Positions 1 through 10,663 of a stretch of 64,000 bases of DNA are shown in pieces. The translations under genes were made by a program, and so were the position numbers. Position 1 is the first letter of the stretch; each line of letters begins with the position of its first letter. Origin of the DNA: Macrostomum hystrix (Eukaryota; Animalia; Platyhelminthes). The notes under the pieces are model-generated. The model made no database searches. It was not told the DNA's origin and saw only the letters and a list, made by a program, of their open reading frames with translations. The DNA lies in the NCBI GenBank assembly GCA_950097015.1, contig CATNEN010000001.1, positions 12,772,001-12,836,000 on the forward strand, written 5' to 3'.

Positions 1-367
1 TTATGTTTGATTTTAAGAAATTATAATTATTTCGCTCATGATATATTATAGCTCAAAACTATTATTTAGCTGACAGTTCAACTTTGAAATCGACAGCGAC
101 ATTCGAAAAGTCAAAAATAAATTATAAATACGGAAGTATTTATTGCTTAACGAAGCAGCATGTTCTGGATGTGATCATTCGATTCCCAAGTTAAGGCATC
201 CCATCGCTCAAACTGTACATCATAAGGTAGTGGAAAAAAATTGCACTGAAATGTGAACCAGCGGGAAATAATTATAAAAATGAAAAATTTAACAACGAAA
301 TCCTAATTCACGCTCGTTAAACGGTGATAAAAATTATTACAAAAAAAGAATATCATGTGTGACTCAC

Positions 368-723
368 CCGACCCCACTCGAACCTGAGCGTGACCCTCTA
401 TGACCCGCAGCTTCTTCTTTCCATGGCGAAAATAGCAACCGAACTCCAGATGCAGCAGTTGCCCTTGAACCAGCACAGTCCAGTCAATGTCTGAGTCAGC
501 CGCTGTCCTGCCGTTCACTTGCACCAGACTGTTGGCCCAGCCCTCTGCGTAGCTGCCTGTCATCCGCATCTGCGAGTTCTGAGTAAGGACTCGAGCGACT
601 TCTTGCAGCCAGTCAGCCATTCTCTGCTGACACATTGCTCTCTCCTGAGTGAATCCCGCATCGCTGAGCAGTCGGTGCAGTTCCTCACTGAGCTGCCTGT
701 CCCGCTGTGAGTCGTCTCTGAGC
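368..723 (-). CDS. Gene A coding exon 2: N-terminal half of the Mab-21/cGAS-like nucleotidyltransferase (exon 3 lies beyond the left edge)
   Basis: Acceptor ttccag (AG at 725-724) and donor GTGAGT (367-362). The 356 nt are in frame with exon 1 (..SK|LRDDSQRDRQLSEELHRLL..). Motif TGSYAEG...SDIDW is present. Confidence 0.88.
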
Positions 724-991
724 CTGGAATGATGGGGAATTCAGTCAGCTGATGGTTTGTACAGACTGCACAGACTGGCGTATCAAGCTGATCAGCTGAG
801 GGGAGTTTCCAATCAGAATCAGAAACTCACTCAGCGAGAGCCGAGTCGGTGCGGAGTCCAGCTGCCTTTTTCTTTTTTCTGCTGCTGGAAAAGGGCGCAG
901 GTTTAGATTAGTTTTACCCGAAACGGTCTGCACGAGTACAGCAAGGGCAAAAAGCGGCTTAAAATATTTTAGAATATAAAAACGGACTTAC

Positions 992-2442
992 TTCGAAGTT
1001 CTGTTCTCCAGCAGCCGCAGCACCTGCTGATGTCCCATCTGCTCCGCCACCTGCGCGCACGTCTGGCCCCGACTGTCCCGATGACTCGCATCCGCTCCTC
1101 TGTCCATCAGACTCTTGGCTGCTCGCACGTGACCAGCCTCACAAGCTCGCGACAGAGCTGTCCGACCCTGACTGTCTTCAGCTCGCACTGACGCATCGAG
1201 ACACACCAGCCTCTCAATGAGCTCGTGATGACCTGCATCAGCTGCCAGCATGAGAGCAGTGGCTCCTGAGCTGTCGGGCACATCGACATGTTTTCTGCTG
1301 AATCGCTTGTCACGGAGGAGTGTGAGAGCCAGTGCGACATGGCCATGGGAGATGGAGACACAGAGCAGCTGTGTGATCTGAGCTGGCTGCATTCGAGACA
1401 GAGTCCGGCTGAGAACAGAGTTCCTGCCCTCAATGGCCATCGAGGCGGTGAAGCTGAGGACTTGGATGGACTGGAAGAGCCACTCGGGCTGAAGACCAAG
1501 TTCCTTGACGACATTTTCACGCAGATGAGAGCAAGCCGCGACTGCACAGACATAACGAAAATCTTGGTCAGCATCTGTCCCCAAGAAAAATTTGACCACT
1601 TCCAACTGACCATTAATTGCAGCAGGTTTCGCAGCCTCCTTGCAGCACTGATCTCTCAGTGTTTGGTCAGCAATTGTCGGCACCAAAAATTTGACCACTT
1701 CCCACTGACCATTGCTTACAGCAGATTCCGCAGCCTCCTTGCAGCACTGATCTCTCAGTGTTTGGTCAGCAATTGTCGGCACCAAAAATTTGACCACTTC
1801 CAACTGACCATTGTATGCAGCAGATTCCGCAGCCTCCTTGCAGCACTGATCTCTCAGTGGTTGGTCAGCAATTGTCAGCACCAAAAATTTGACCACTTCC
1901 CACTGACCATTGATTGCAGCAGGTCTCGCAGCTTCCTTGCAGCACTGATCTCTCAGTGTTTGGTCAGCAATTGTCGGCACCAAAAATTTGACCACTTCCC
2001 ACTGACCATTGCTTGCAGCAGGTCTCGCAGCCTCCTTGCAGCACTGATCTCTCAGTGTTTGGTCAGCAATTGTCGGCACCAAAAATTTGACCACTTCCAA
2101 CTGACGCTCACTAGCAGCAGATTTCGCAGCCTCCTTGCAGCACTGATCTCTCAGTGTTTGGTCAGCAATTGTCGCCACCAAAAATTTGACCACTTCCCAC
2201 TGACCTAATCTTGCAGCGGATTCCACAGCCTCCTTGCAGCACTGATCTCTCAGTGGTTGGTCAGCAACTGTCTGCACCAGAAGCTTCACAATTTCCCAGT
2301 GACGGTGATTCGCAGCAAGACGCCAATGCACTTCACACAGTCCATCTCTTCTGGAGCTGGATTTGATTGACTTCAGGTGATTTCGAACTTCGGTTTCCAG
2401 CCCCTGTGCTACAGCTCGCTCAAAGCTGATTTTCTGTCCCAT
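992..2442 (-). CDS. Gene A coding exon 1: MGQKIS start, 7 variable 33-aa ankyrin-like repeats and canonical ankyrin repeats of an ANK-Mab21/cGLR fusion
   Basis: ORF 988..2442 has AAxxGQxEVVKFLV repeats and canonical ANK motifs (GATALMLAADAGH, GRTALSRACEAGH). The ORF 'stop' lies inside a GTAAGT donor (991-986), phase 2. Confidence 0.9.
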
Positions 2443-2756
2443 TTGTATGTTGCTTGGAGTTTTTGGAAACCTTCTTGACTTTCTTGATCTCTGAAAGTTT
2501 GATAAAAAAAACTAATTAAAAAGGTCATAAAAATTATCATGTCTTCGCATGCCCTAAAGCGCATAAATTTTGTCTTTCTAAGAGTTTCAATTGGTTGGGG
2601 CTGGGAATTACATAACAAATTTTTTATTTACCTCGAGAAAAACTAAACACAACCATTAATTTCTTTTGTGGCGCACTTTCCCGCCGTGAATATATGGCAA
2701 ATGAGAAGTGCAGTACGAATATTCTGCCCACATGTACTTAAATTCTGGGAATTTCT

Positions 2757-3743
2757 AGCTGTGGATGGGATCAGCTGTGGATGGGATCAGCTGTGGATGG
2801 GATCAGCTGTGGATAGGATCATCTGTGGATGGTATCAGCTGTGGATTGGATCAGCCGTGGATGGGATCAGCTGTGGATGGGATCAGCTGTGGATAGGATC
2901 AGCCGTGGATGGTATCAGCTGTGGATGGGATCAGCTGTGGATGGGATCAGCTGTGGATAGGATCAGCCGTGGATGGTATCAGCTGTGGATGGGATCAGCT
3001 GTGGATAGGATCATCTGTGGATGGGATCAGCCGTGGATGGGATCAGCTGTGGATGGGATCAGCTGTGGATGGGATCAGCTGTGGATGGGATCAGCTGTGG
3101 ATAGGATCAGCCGTGGATGGTATCAGCTGTGGATGGGATCAGCTGTGGATAGGATCAGCTGTGGATGGGATCAGCTGTGGATGGGATCAGCTGTGGATGG
3201 GATCAGCTGTGGATAGGATCATCTGTGGATGGGATCAGCCGTGGATGGGATCAGCTGTGGATGGGATCAGCTGTGGATGGGATCAGCTGTGGATGGGATC
3301 AGCTGTGGATAGGATCAGCCGTGGATGGTATCAGCTGTGGATGGGATCAGCTGTGGATAGGATCAGCTGTGGATGGGATCAGCTGTGGATGGGATCAGCT
3401 GTGGATGGGATCAGCTGTGGATGGGATCAGCTGTGGATGGGATCAGCTGTGGATGGGAATAGCTGTGGATAGGATCAGCCGTGGATGGTATCAGCTGTGG
3501 ATGGGATCAGCTGTGGATAGGATCAGCTGTGGATGGGATCAGCTGTGGATGGGATCAGCTGTGGATGGGATCAGCTGTGGATGGGATCAGCTGTGGATGG
3601 TATCAGCTGTGGATGGGATCATCTGTGGATGGGATCAGCTGTGGATGGGATCAGCTGTGGATGGGATCAGCTGTGGATGGGATCAGCTGTGGATGGGATC
3701 AGCCGTGGATGGTATCAGCTGTGGATGGGATCATCTGTGGATG
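2757..3743. repeat. 16-bp minisatellite (GCTGTGGATGGGATCA)n upstream of gene A
   Basis: Direct reading of the sequence. Confidence 0.95.
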
Positions 3744-5630
3744 ATTAAATGCCCGTAGTGGGACTTTAATCCATCAGAATTGACTCCTGAATGGGCTGTT
3801 TAAAAAACGGATAGAAGATTAGCTTAAGATAGGATTTTTTCTATAGATGTGGGATCAGTCGGATCAGTCTTTTTAGCTTGGTCAGTCGGAGGGCGGACAG
3901 TCGGATGGCAGGTTGTTGTCTTGCAGACGATGAAAATCAAGCTTTGTTCTGCGGAGGCGAAAGTAGAAAGCTGTAAAAGTGCAAAGCCCATCAGGCCAGA
4001 GCTACTCACCCGCAGCTGGAATTGAGCTCAGTGGCGGCAGTTCTCAGCCTTCGTGAAACTCGGCAGCAGGTCGGCCCGCAGGAAATGTCTTCAGTTGAAG
4101 GCTCTGTTGAGTTTTCAGCTGCATTCATAGCCTGTGCCTGCCAAGCGGGTTTGGTGTGGCAGTCAGGTCGCATCTCATCTATGCTGCTAAATTGCTAAAT
4201 TTGCTGGCCCACAGTTGACCGGAAGCCAGCAGTGCCAGGTGAGAGAGAGATGGCAGACTGGGCGACTGGCAGACCAAAGCATGTGCAAAGCAGACCACTG
4301 CACATCTGCTTACTGGATATGCAGCAGCTATTCTGAACAACAAGCAGGTGAAACATCTGATAAGCCACTTGGCTGTGTGTTGCTGACTGCGTGCAGCTTC
4401 AATCAGCGACCAGAATCAGCACTGACTGAACAGGGTCGCTGAGCATCCATGGATTCTGATTACGAACATTTGTCTATCTTCCAGCGATGCTTGAATCAAA
4501 GCGAAAATTAACAGCGAACTTGTGCTAAACTGCAGTGGCTTTTGTCACGCAGAAGCAATTAGATCGCTCAGAAAGAAAGCTCAGAGAATGCTCGAGCAAG
4601 CTGAGTCACTTCTACTGTTTATTTAAACAAAAATATTCTGCCGAAAAATATGTACAAGAAATCTGCAACCCTGAGTTGAGACGTACTCAAAATCCTGTCA
4701 TTGCGTACTTTAGTCTGGGAAACTAGGCAATTCATATCTCAAATGTGTCACATCTCACAGCTCACATGCCTCGCATCTCACGTCTCACCTGTTTCACATT
4801 TCACATTTCTCATGGCACGCATTCTCTCAGACAACTCAAGCAATTCTACTCGGCCGGGTGGTTCCGGAAATCGATTCCCACTGTGGCGGGCGACAGTTCG
4901 TGGCTCTGTCACCGCGGGCCAATCGAATGCGCCGCGGTTCGCTGCAGGCCGGAGGTCGAGGCCGCTGCAAACCGACCCGAAGCTCCGGCCGTGTCGGCTA
5001 GCGAGCAGCTGCAGCTGCTGGCGTCGACGGAGGCGGCTCTCCGCGACTGGCAGGCGGAGCTGGAGACGCTGCGGCTTCGAGCGGCTCAAGGAGGCGCTGA
5101 CTGCGAGGGCTGTGGGTCTGGCCCTGCTCGGCAACTGTACGGCCTCGCTGAGGGACACGTGGGGGAGGGGCGAGGGTGAGAGGACTGGCAAGAGGGTGGG
5201 ACGTCAGGGAAGACGGTTAGATAACGGATGATGGCAGAGCTGAATCGCAGCAGGTCTGTGGGCTCTGGCTCACAATTATGTGGCAATAGACACGCAGACT
5301 CCTGCACACTCGCTCTCAGATACCGATTGCAGTAACTCACCTTAAACAGCGATGTACATCTGCACTGACCTACTCATTATAAGGCAGTGTACACACTTAC
5401 TGTGCCTTGAGGTTTGGTTCTCAAGAACGCGAATTGCACGACAAGCCTTTAATCCTTCTCTCGGTTACTGTACCCTAAAAATGGGTCAGTGGATTCGAGC
5501 TCATGACCTCGGTGTGAGAGTCGGGGGTGTTGTCCGCTCTGTCACTCACGCTCCAGGAAGGGAAAAAAGGGCAAAATTACTAGTGAGAAAAAGGAAATCA
5601 CGATTAAGCAGCCTATAGGCAAGCTGATGT

Positions 5631-6162
5631 GCTGATTGGTCAGAGTGGATGCTGATTGGTCAGAGTGGATGCAGATTGGTCAGAGTGGATGCTGATTGTT
5701 CAGAGTGGATGCTGATTGGTCAGAGTGGATGCTGATTGGTCAGAGTGGATGCTGATTGGTCAGAGTGGATGCTGATTGTTCAGAGTGGATGCTGATTGGT
5801 CAGAGTGGATGCTGATTGGTCAGAGTGGATGCTGATTGGTCAGAGTGGATGCTGATTGTTCAGAGTGGATGCTGATTGGTCAGAGTGGATGCTGATTGGT
5901 CAGAGTGGATGCTGATTGGTCAGAGTGGATGCTGATTGGTCAGAGTGGATGCTGATTGTTCAGAGTGGATGCTGATTGGTCAGAGTGGATGCTGATTGGT
6001 CAGAGTGGATGCCGATTGGTCAGAGTGGATGCCGATTGGTCAGAGTGGATGCCGATTGGTCAGAGTGGTTGCTGATTGGTCAGAGTGGATGCCGATTGGT
6101 CAGAGTGGATGCCGATTGGTCAGAGTGGTTGCTGATTGGTCAGAGTGGATGCCGATTGGTCA
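5631..6162. repeat. 20-bp minisatellite (GCTGATTGGTCAGAGTGGAT)n
   Basis: Direct reading of the sequence. Confidence 0.95.
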
Positions 6163-6602
6163 AGGCACATTTCTACAGAGATTCAATGAAGATTTTTTAG
6201 ACTTTAGAAGGAAACTGAGTAGAGCATCGCTCTGATTGAATTTCAGTGCAAATTTATTTGTTATTGCTTAACGTTTGGATGAGAGGCAGTTTCTTGCAAA
6301 CAAATTGCAGCAAAAAATGACGTGTTAAAAGATCAAACTGCAGCAAATGCACAAGCAAAGTAGATTCTCTAAGCACTTGAAATAATAACAAAATTTCATA
6401 ACAGCATGTCATGAAAGTGAGTGAAATTTGACATCAAAGATCAGTTCTGACAGAGACTGAGAATAGTATAGTAAATAAGAGTTAATTATTTCCTACACTC
6501 TCTGGGTGGAGATTATCATGCTCAATATTATGTGGCATGGTCGATTAACGTCATCTATGGTGAAGGATATGGGGAAAAAACAGAGAAGAGATCAACTCCC
6601 TT

Positions 6603-6719
6603 CTGCACTGACCCACACTGCACTGACCCACACTGCACTGACCCACACTGCACTGACCCACACTGCACTGACCCACACTGCACTGACCCACACTGCACTG
6701 ACTCACACTGCACTGACCC
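6603..6719. repeat. 15-bp minisatellite (CTGCACTGACCCACA)n
   Basis: Direct reading of the sequence. Confidence 0.95.
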
Positions 6720-7817
6720 CTGTAGGTGATGTGTGACCAGTGTTTATTGGTCGCATATAGTCATCATGATCAGTATTTTTCGCTCAAAACCAAACAACAC
6801 AGCAGATTCAAATATTGAACAAGATAAAATATTTAATTATTTACAGGTGAGGAACTCCTAACAGAAGAAATCAGCCAATTACAATGCTGCAATCGTCAAT
6901 GACGGACACAAAAAGAACTCAGAGAGCAGAGCTGATGTTCTCACAGTTTCAGAGCATTCGTCAAGCTTATCGTCAAGTTTTTAGCCAAGCCAGTGCTCAG
7001 ATTGGCATTTACATAAGACAGCATGCGAAATGACTCTGCAACGACTGGGCAGAGCTCGACTTTGAACGAAAATCAAAACAAATCGAGTCACTGACGCTGC
7101 AGTTGTTGATAGTTTAATGAGCCTTTGACCGAGAGGGGCATACTTCCCTTTCTCACCAACTTCAGCCGACTTCCGTTGACTTTACGAAACCTTCTGTTAA
7201 ATTCGCTAGCTTCCGTTAACTTTATATAACTCCGTTAACTTTCGCTATCTCCGTAGCTTCATCAAACTTCCGTTAACTCCAGCTTACTTTCGTCTACTTC
7301 CGCTAAATTTCTTCAAATTCCCTCAGCTTTCTAGCCTTGCAGCAGCTGTTTTTGCTAAGGTTGCTGTTCCCTCAGCTTTCTAGCCTTGCAGCAGCTGTTT
7401 TTGCTAAGGTTGCTGTTCCCTCAGCTGGAAAACAGCGAAAACTGATTCTCTAAAATGAGAAACTTGCTTCTAAAAGCTTTGTCAAGATATCATACGCTCG
7501 TAAAATTAAAAAAGCTGGGATGAAAAGCAGAAAAATCTTACTTTAAATTTACGAAATTAAAAGTCGGTCGAATCAAAGTCCACCAACGTCAGACACCACA
7601 ACCTGCTGCATTTCACACTGCACCTCACACCACAACCATTATCCAGCGATGAGCTGAAAGAAACGCCCTGCCACCTTCAGCTTCATGACAGGCGGTGACT
7701 TCGGCAGCTGTCTTCACTAGCTGTCATGCGGCTTCCTGCCTGTGTGCTCGACCTGCAGTCGGACAGGACAGTCTCACTCTCTGTTTCCAAAGAAACAGAA
7801 TGTGATTGATTTGATTT

Positions 7818-9223
7818 TCATAGTCGCTCCAGCTTGTCCCTGACCCAGCGGATCTTCTCCTCATCCTGCGTCTCCATGGCGACGCGTCTCTCGTCCCTGA
7901 CGGTCTCCATCTGTCGCAGGCTGAACTCCACGTGCTCAACTTGGTCGCTGTAGTGAGCCAGAGTGAGCAGCTCCTCCAAGTCCGGGTCCTCTTGCAGCTC
8001 TGAGCGCCACGCATCGAAGTCGATTGCTGTGCGATTGCGGAGCAGCTCAGCTTGGAGACTCCAGCTCAGGCAGCGGAAGTTCACGTACAGGTGCTCAGAG
8101 CGAGGCTGTGACAGTCTGGCTGTGAGCAGAGTCTGCGTGAACTCGGGAAGGAATGTGAATCGAGGCGGAGTGTCTGCGGGGAGGCAGAACCTCCACGCCC
8201 AGTCTGAGTCTGATGGCAAAGTGATGTCTAAAGGTATGAGCCGATAATCTCCGATATCGTCAGGCCTCATTCCATTCCGAACTCTGTGACTCTGGAGCTC
8301 CATCGCGAGTCTCTTAGCCTCCTCGGAGTCTCCGAACTTCAAATGCGCCATGGCGGTCATGCACAGGGCGGCGCACTTGCACCACCGCAGCTGATGCAGG
8401 AGACTGAGCTGCCTCATCAGGGTTTCTCTGTCTGCAGACTGTGACTGCAGCTGAAGAACACAATGGTGCACCACACTGTACACGTCTGCTGGCATCTCAT
8501 AAAAAGCGCCAATTCCTACCCTAATCTGAGTGACAGCAGGCGGCGCTGTCAGTGGCAGCAGAGTGAATGGGTGAAAGTAGAAGTTCTCTGACTGCAGTGG
8601 TCTCAAAAGTCTCCTCATCTGCTCAACCACTCCGCCGATGTCGCTTCTCAGCTCTCTCAGTCGGTCTCGAACTCTCGCCTTCGTGTTGTCGAAGTCGCCG
8701 CCGATTCCAGCATTTTTGAAGTAGAGCGGAGCGTCGGGCATGAAGAAGTGCGGCATGCACTCATCGGGTGAGCTGCTTGAGTCGATGAACCTCAGCATCA
8801 TGTCGAGAGACTCCTTCAGCAGTGAGATCAGATTCTGAGGCTGCCAAGCTTCAGCATTTGGGTCTGTGCCATGCTTCTCCAGCATGAAGAAGAGCAGAGT
8901 CTTTGCATGGTAGGTCTTGAGTCCATGAGTGTCCAGAGTGAGTGGCAAATGTCTCTTGAAGATGAACTTGATGATTGAGAACAGCTGTCCCTGGACTGTG
9001 CTCAGCCGTCTCATGGCGTGTTTCTCTTGGAAGCTGAAGCTCACTCTGAGCTCATTGGTCTCATTAGGTCTGGTCGCCCTCACGAGGTGAACAGAAGTGT
9101 AGCTGTGTCCAATCAGCTGTTTGACTCTGTCCTCACAGAAGCCACTGCAGCACTGGATCGCATGGCACGTGTCCTGAGCAGGCCGCACACCACATGCCTT
9201 GGCTGAGACGGCAGGTTGGCTGC
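7818..9223 (-). CDS. Gene B coding exon 3: Mab-21 C-terminal lobe and helical/TPR-like tail (spliced product 1549 aa, or 1503 aa from MGQK)
   Basis: Acceptor ctgcag (AG at 9225-9224), phase 1. Mab-21 motifs QDTCHAI, LRVSFSFQEK, LKTYHAKTLLFF and MPHFFMP. Confidence 0.9.
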
Positions 9224-9653
9224 CTGCAGTGGGTGTTGACCAGTAGAGCAGATTTTTCGAAAATGTATCGATAAGAAATTGGCAGTTATGTTTGATATCA
9301 AGAAATTATAATTATTTCGCTCATGATATATTATAGCTCAAAACTATTATTTAGCTGACAGTTCAACTTTGAAATCGACAGCGACATTCGAAAAGTCAGA
9401 AAGAAATCCTAAATACTAAAGTATTTATTGCTTAACGAAGCAGCATGTTCTGGATGTGATCATTCGATTCCCAAGTTAAGGCATCCCATCGCTCAAACTG
9501 TACATCATAAGGTAGTGGAAAAAAATTGCACTGAAATGTGAACCAGCGGGAAATAATTATAAAAATGATAAATTTAACAACGAAATCCTAATTCACGCTC
9601 GTTAAACGGTGATAAAAATTATTACAAAAAAAAGAATACCAGGTGTGACTCAC

Positions 9654-10021
9654 CCGACCCCACTGGAACCTGAGCTTGACCCTCCATGACCCTCAGCTTC
9701 GTGGTACCTTCGCAGTTTCGGTTTCTCACGTCGCAGCCGCCCTCCAGATGCAACTCTTGCCCTTGAACCAGCACAGTCCAGTCAATGTCTGAGTCAGCCG
9801 CTGTCCTGCCGTTCACTTGCACCAGACTGTTGGCCCAGCCCTCTGCGTAGCTGCCTGTCATCCGCATCTTCCGGTTCTGAGTGAGGACTCGAGCGACTCC
9901 TTGCGGCCAGTAAGCCATTCTCTGCTGACACTCCGCTCTCTCCCGAGTGAATCCCGCCTTGCTGAGCAGTCGGTGCAGTTCCATACTGAGCTGCCTGTCC
10001 CGCTGTGAGTAGTCTCTGAGC
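9654..10021 (-). CDS. Gene B coding exon 2: cGLR NTase GS...DxD exon
   Basis: Acceptor cattccag (AG at 10023-10022) and donor GTGAGT (9653-9648). 368 nt, in frame. TGSYAEG...SDIDW present. Confidence 0.85.
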
Positions 10022-10663
10022 CTGGAATGACGGGTGTAATAAAGTCAGCGTGGCTTGCAGAGAGAGAAGTTTTTCAGAGCAGGCCAAGCCTAGCTCTCTA
10101 AATAAATATAAGTTTATTTCTCAGCCTGACCAGGCTGACCAATCAGCCGCTACCTCTGGGCGTGCACGCGCTCCAGAGTACGCACATGCGCGAGTACATT
10201 GCGAGAGAGAGAGAGAAAAATAACACCCTCAATCCCCTACTCTGCACTGATAGCGAAACGCAGTCACCACAACTCCTCACCACCACAACTCCAAACTCCA
10301 CAGTTCCTCACTGAGCTGCCTGTCCCGCTGTGAGTCGTCTCTGAGCCTGGAATGATGGGGAATTTAGTCAGCTGATGGGTTGTACACCTGCACAGACTGG
10401 CATCTCAAGCTGATCAGCTGAGAGTCCAGCTGCTGCTGCATTTAGACTGGCATCTCAAGCTGATCTGTTGAGGGGAATTTCCAATCAGAATCAGAAACTC
10501 ACTCAGCGAGACCCGAGTCGGTGCGGAGTCCAGCTGCCTTTTTCTTTTTTCTGCTGCTGGAAAAGGGCGCAGGTTTAGATTAGTTTTACCCGAAACGGTC
10601 TGCACGAGTACAGCAAGGGCAAAAAGCGGGTTAAAATATTTTAGAATATAAAAACGGACTTAC

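Noticed and set aside
303-723. Bacterial CBASS CD-NTase operon
   Set aside because: Spliceosomal introns, metazoan Mab-21 C-lobe motifs and the absence of Cap effector genes indicate an animal cGLR.
2668-3758. ORFs such as GSAVDGISCGWDQLWM repeats, and similar ORFs in other satellites (43086-43869, 53333-54208, 55751-58300, 60167-60913, 61446-62561)
   Set aside because: They are translations of stop-free minisatellites, often open in several frames or strands at once. They are not genes.
7318-7425. 49-bp tandem duplication and degenerate ttccgttaactt repeats in the 3' flanks
   Set aside because: These are ordinary local slippage products with no evidence of function.
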